Origin: Macrostomum lignano
Lineage: Eukaryota
Direction of reading: 5' to 3'
Length of the DNA: 64,000 nucleotides
Assembly (NCBI GenBank): GCA_002269645.1
Contig: NIVC01000168.1
Span: forward strand, 62,001 to 126,000
The position numbers and the translations under genes are program-made. Under the pieces are notes generated by a model. It was not told the origin of the DNA. It saw only the letters and a program-made list of their open reading frames with translations, and searched no databases. Positions 62,986 to 64,000 of this stretch are shown here, piece after piece (the stretch's first letter is position 1; every line of letters starts with the position of its first letter).

Positions 62986-63098
62986 CGAACTTCCGAACAA
63001 AGAAACCGAACAAACCGAACTTCCGCATCCCGCAGGAAGGCTCGCGGTCCATAATTAAGCGTCCCTGGCGCGAACTGAGCCAAGTGGTTAACCTGGAG
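41217..63098 (+). CDS. DGKZ: Type IV diacylglycerol kinase (DGKzeta/iota, rdgA-like), 5' part; first exon 41217-41428 or 49109-50313, then 53738-53870, 54448-54531, 54635-54709, 57603-57674, 57760-57825, 58312-58759, 59931-60414, 61023-61174, 61326-61381, 63036-63098
   Basis: All junctions are GT-AG and phase-compatible. Peptides: [80 protein letters not shown], basic MARCKS-like [72 protein letters not shown]. The gene continues past the window. Confidence 0.93.
41633..42490. repeat. 16-bp G-rich minisatellite GGTTGGGGATTGTGAA
   Basis: About 53 units in DGK intron 1. Confidence 0.97.
43115..43370. repeat. ~30-34-bp degenerate repeat TCATTGTGGCGCCAGAATATAGGTGTG
   Basis: About 8 units. Confidence 0.85.
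43985..45095. repeat. 22/23-bp minisatellite GAGAATCGCCGTCAATCCAC(TCT/AT)
   Basis: About 48 units with polar variant drift. Confidence 0.96.
45694..46448 (+). mobile_element. Non-autonomous IS630/Tc1/mariner-type DNA transposon with about 145-bp imperfect TIRs and an HTH remnant, DDE domain absent
   Basis: aatatagc.ttttgcagcccatttgggctta...atttggtcca at 45694-45840 is mirrored at about 46303-46448. The interior has [28 protein letters not shown] (HTH-like), [13 protein letters not shown] in another frame, and [20 protein letters not shown]. Confidence 0.75.
46520..47120. repeat. 33-37-bp minisatellite AATGTACACACCCCTAGACAAAACTCCTTCCCC with ~106-bp three-unit higher order
   Basis: Read directly. 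Confidence 0.95.
48025..48300. repeat. 33-bp minisatellite CACCTACATGTACATCCATTAGGAACCCCCTGT
   Basis: About 8 units. Confidence 0.92.
49109..50313 (+). CDS. DGKZ: Long first coding exon of the DGK gene (rdgA-like N-terminus)
   Basis: 402-aa ORF whose stop overlaps a TC|gtgagt donor (phase 2, compatible with 53738). It contains LEIP..CVHC..LEE, FLQVP..RSSSLD and RALSFD motifs that I recall from the Drosophila rdgA N-terminus. Confidence 0.75.
52100..52422 (-). mobile_element. SINE family B, diverged 5'-truncated copy
   Basis: Shares tgtgcaccctggcgcactttaagcga...gcattactgcccattccgccgactcccctgagcagg...cagattaatatcactgcac; B box reads GGCTCGATTCC. Confidence 0.8.
53880..54385. repeat. 43-bp minisatellite TGACCGATCATCTAATGACCTGGATGATGACATACCCTTGCTA
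   Basis: About 11 units filling intron 53871-54447. Confidence 0.95.
54740..56070. repeat. 11-bp repeat GGTTGAGAGAG with 44-bp higher-order unit
   Basis: Cycle ggttgagaaag-ggttgagagag-ggttgtgagac-ggttgaaagag. Confidence 0.96.
56750..57540. repeat. 14-bp minisatellite GGGATTTATCCCCT
   Basis: About 56 units. Confidence 0.97.
57865..58235. repeat. GGCGCC/GGCGCT-cored compound repeat (GATGGCGCTCCTTGACTGGCGCCCCTT variants)
   Basis: Fills intron 57826-58311. Confidence 0.9.
58312..60414 (+). CDS. DGKZ: DGK exons 58312-58759 (end of C1b, MARCKS-like region, poly-Ala) and 59931-60414 (catalytic DAGKc domain)
   Basis: Phase-1 join TCA G|gtttgt...cctag|AA TCC; catalytic GGDG motif. Confidence 0.92.
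58775..59870. repeat. ~17-bp minisatellite GAGTAGAGTGGGTGATT
   Basis: Fills intron 58760-59930; starts about 15 nt after the donor. Confidence 0.96.
60490..60856. repeat. 24-bp minisatellite GAGAATCGTGCCTAATCTACCCAT
   Basis: About 15 units in intron 60415-61022. Confidence 0.96.
61464..62985. repeat. Pure (GACT)n of about 1.49 kb followed by a short (GACA)n
   Basis: No interruption seen between 61464 and 62957; source of the SQSV ORFs. Confidence 0.98.
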
Positions 63099-64000
63099 GT
63101 GAGCCAACTTTTTTCAAAAAAATTCCTTGTCGATGACTCATCTTGCAGTTTAATTTGCAGTCTTCACTGTCAAACTAAGTTATATAGAATGCCAGATTTT
63201 TGCCAATGAATTCTTTCTAACTGAACAAATTGCATCTCAGTGTAGCTGATGCCAGCCCTCGTTCCTCTCTCCCATCTCCACGGATAGGGTTTCGTTTTTC
63301 CCATTTGACTCAAAATGTACTCAAATTGGGTAAAAAATACCATTTGAGTCGCATCCAAGTTCCTAAAGCTCTCACTTACTTAATTAGTTCTGCCTAATTA
63401 GCCGAGTTGCGTGCACACAGATTTTCCTAATATAGAGAGAGAAAAAGTTTTCTAAGACTCTTCTTCGCAGTGAGCTCAATTTTAATTGAAAACGGAATTG
63501 CCCCAACAGCCCTATTGTTGATTCTGTGGGACTCCGCCTGTCTCCGCCTCCGTTAGTCATCGTGACATCGTGCGTGCGTCAGTTTTTTGTCCCTTCCTAT
63601 TCCCTCTATTCAATCATTTATTTTATTCCAATATTTAAAAGTCAATTATTTAGGCAAGGCAGGCATTAGGCGGGGGGGGGGCTTGTGTCACAGTCGGAAT
63701 ACTCATTTTTTTCTAGAGTCTGTCTAAATTAAAGTTGACTGGATTGTCTGTCTCTGTATTAAATTGCGAGAGAATAAATTCATTTATTTCGAATTTCAAA
63801 ACGTTTTTACATTTGCTTCCATTGTATTTTAGCATCATTTGTACTAGCTCGTAAATCGCTATTGAGAAACCGGGGTTGTACTTTTCTGCTCAATCATTTG
63901 TCTATCAACTCTGTTTTCTTAGAATTCACGTTAGAATTTCTTAGAATTTGTTTGTTTTTCTTTTTTTCTTAGAAACCATCCGATTTTCTCGAAATTAGTT

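Noticed and set aside
1929-63107. Long periodic ORFs (1929-2876, 4280-6418, 13806-15230, 41607-42764, 56708-57559, 58533-59924, 61390-63107 and similar)
   Set aside because: They are translations of tandem repeats that lack stops in some frames, and most lie within introns defined by GT-AG and protein homology.

Overview
Repeat-rich metazoan genomic DNA with spliceosomal introns. The style resembles a flatworm such as Macrostomum, but that is inference only. Two host genes lie on the + strand. The first is the 3' part of an ASAP-family ArfGAP (end of BAR, PH, ArfGAP, ANK, low-complexity region, SH3; 7 exons, 2969-17271). The second is the 5' part of a type IV diacylglycerol kinase (DGKzeta/iota, rdgA-like), with two candidate first exons and C1a, C1b, MARCKS-like and catalytic exons (41217-63098, continuing past the window). 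An unlisted spliced minus-strand ORF of at least 428 aa and unknown function lies at 1-1495, upstream of the first visible ASAP exon. Roughly 40% of the window (my tally, about 25 kb) is tandem repeat. Every long intron carries its own micro/minisatellite, while the three short introns carry none. Between the genes, a young 5'-truncated RT+RNase H LINE (32767-34904) has a 31-bp fold-back at its 5' end and is flanked by a 4.2-4.9 kb direct duplication in target-site-duplication geometry. Also present are a degraded related LINE, two tRNA-derived SINE families, a Tc1/mariner-type deletion derivative and a possible Helentron/DINE-like end. Most long ORFs in the supplied track are repeat artefacts.
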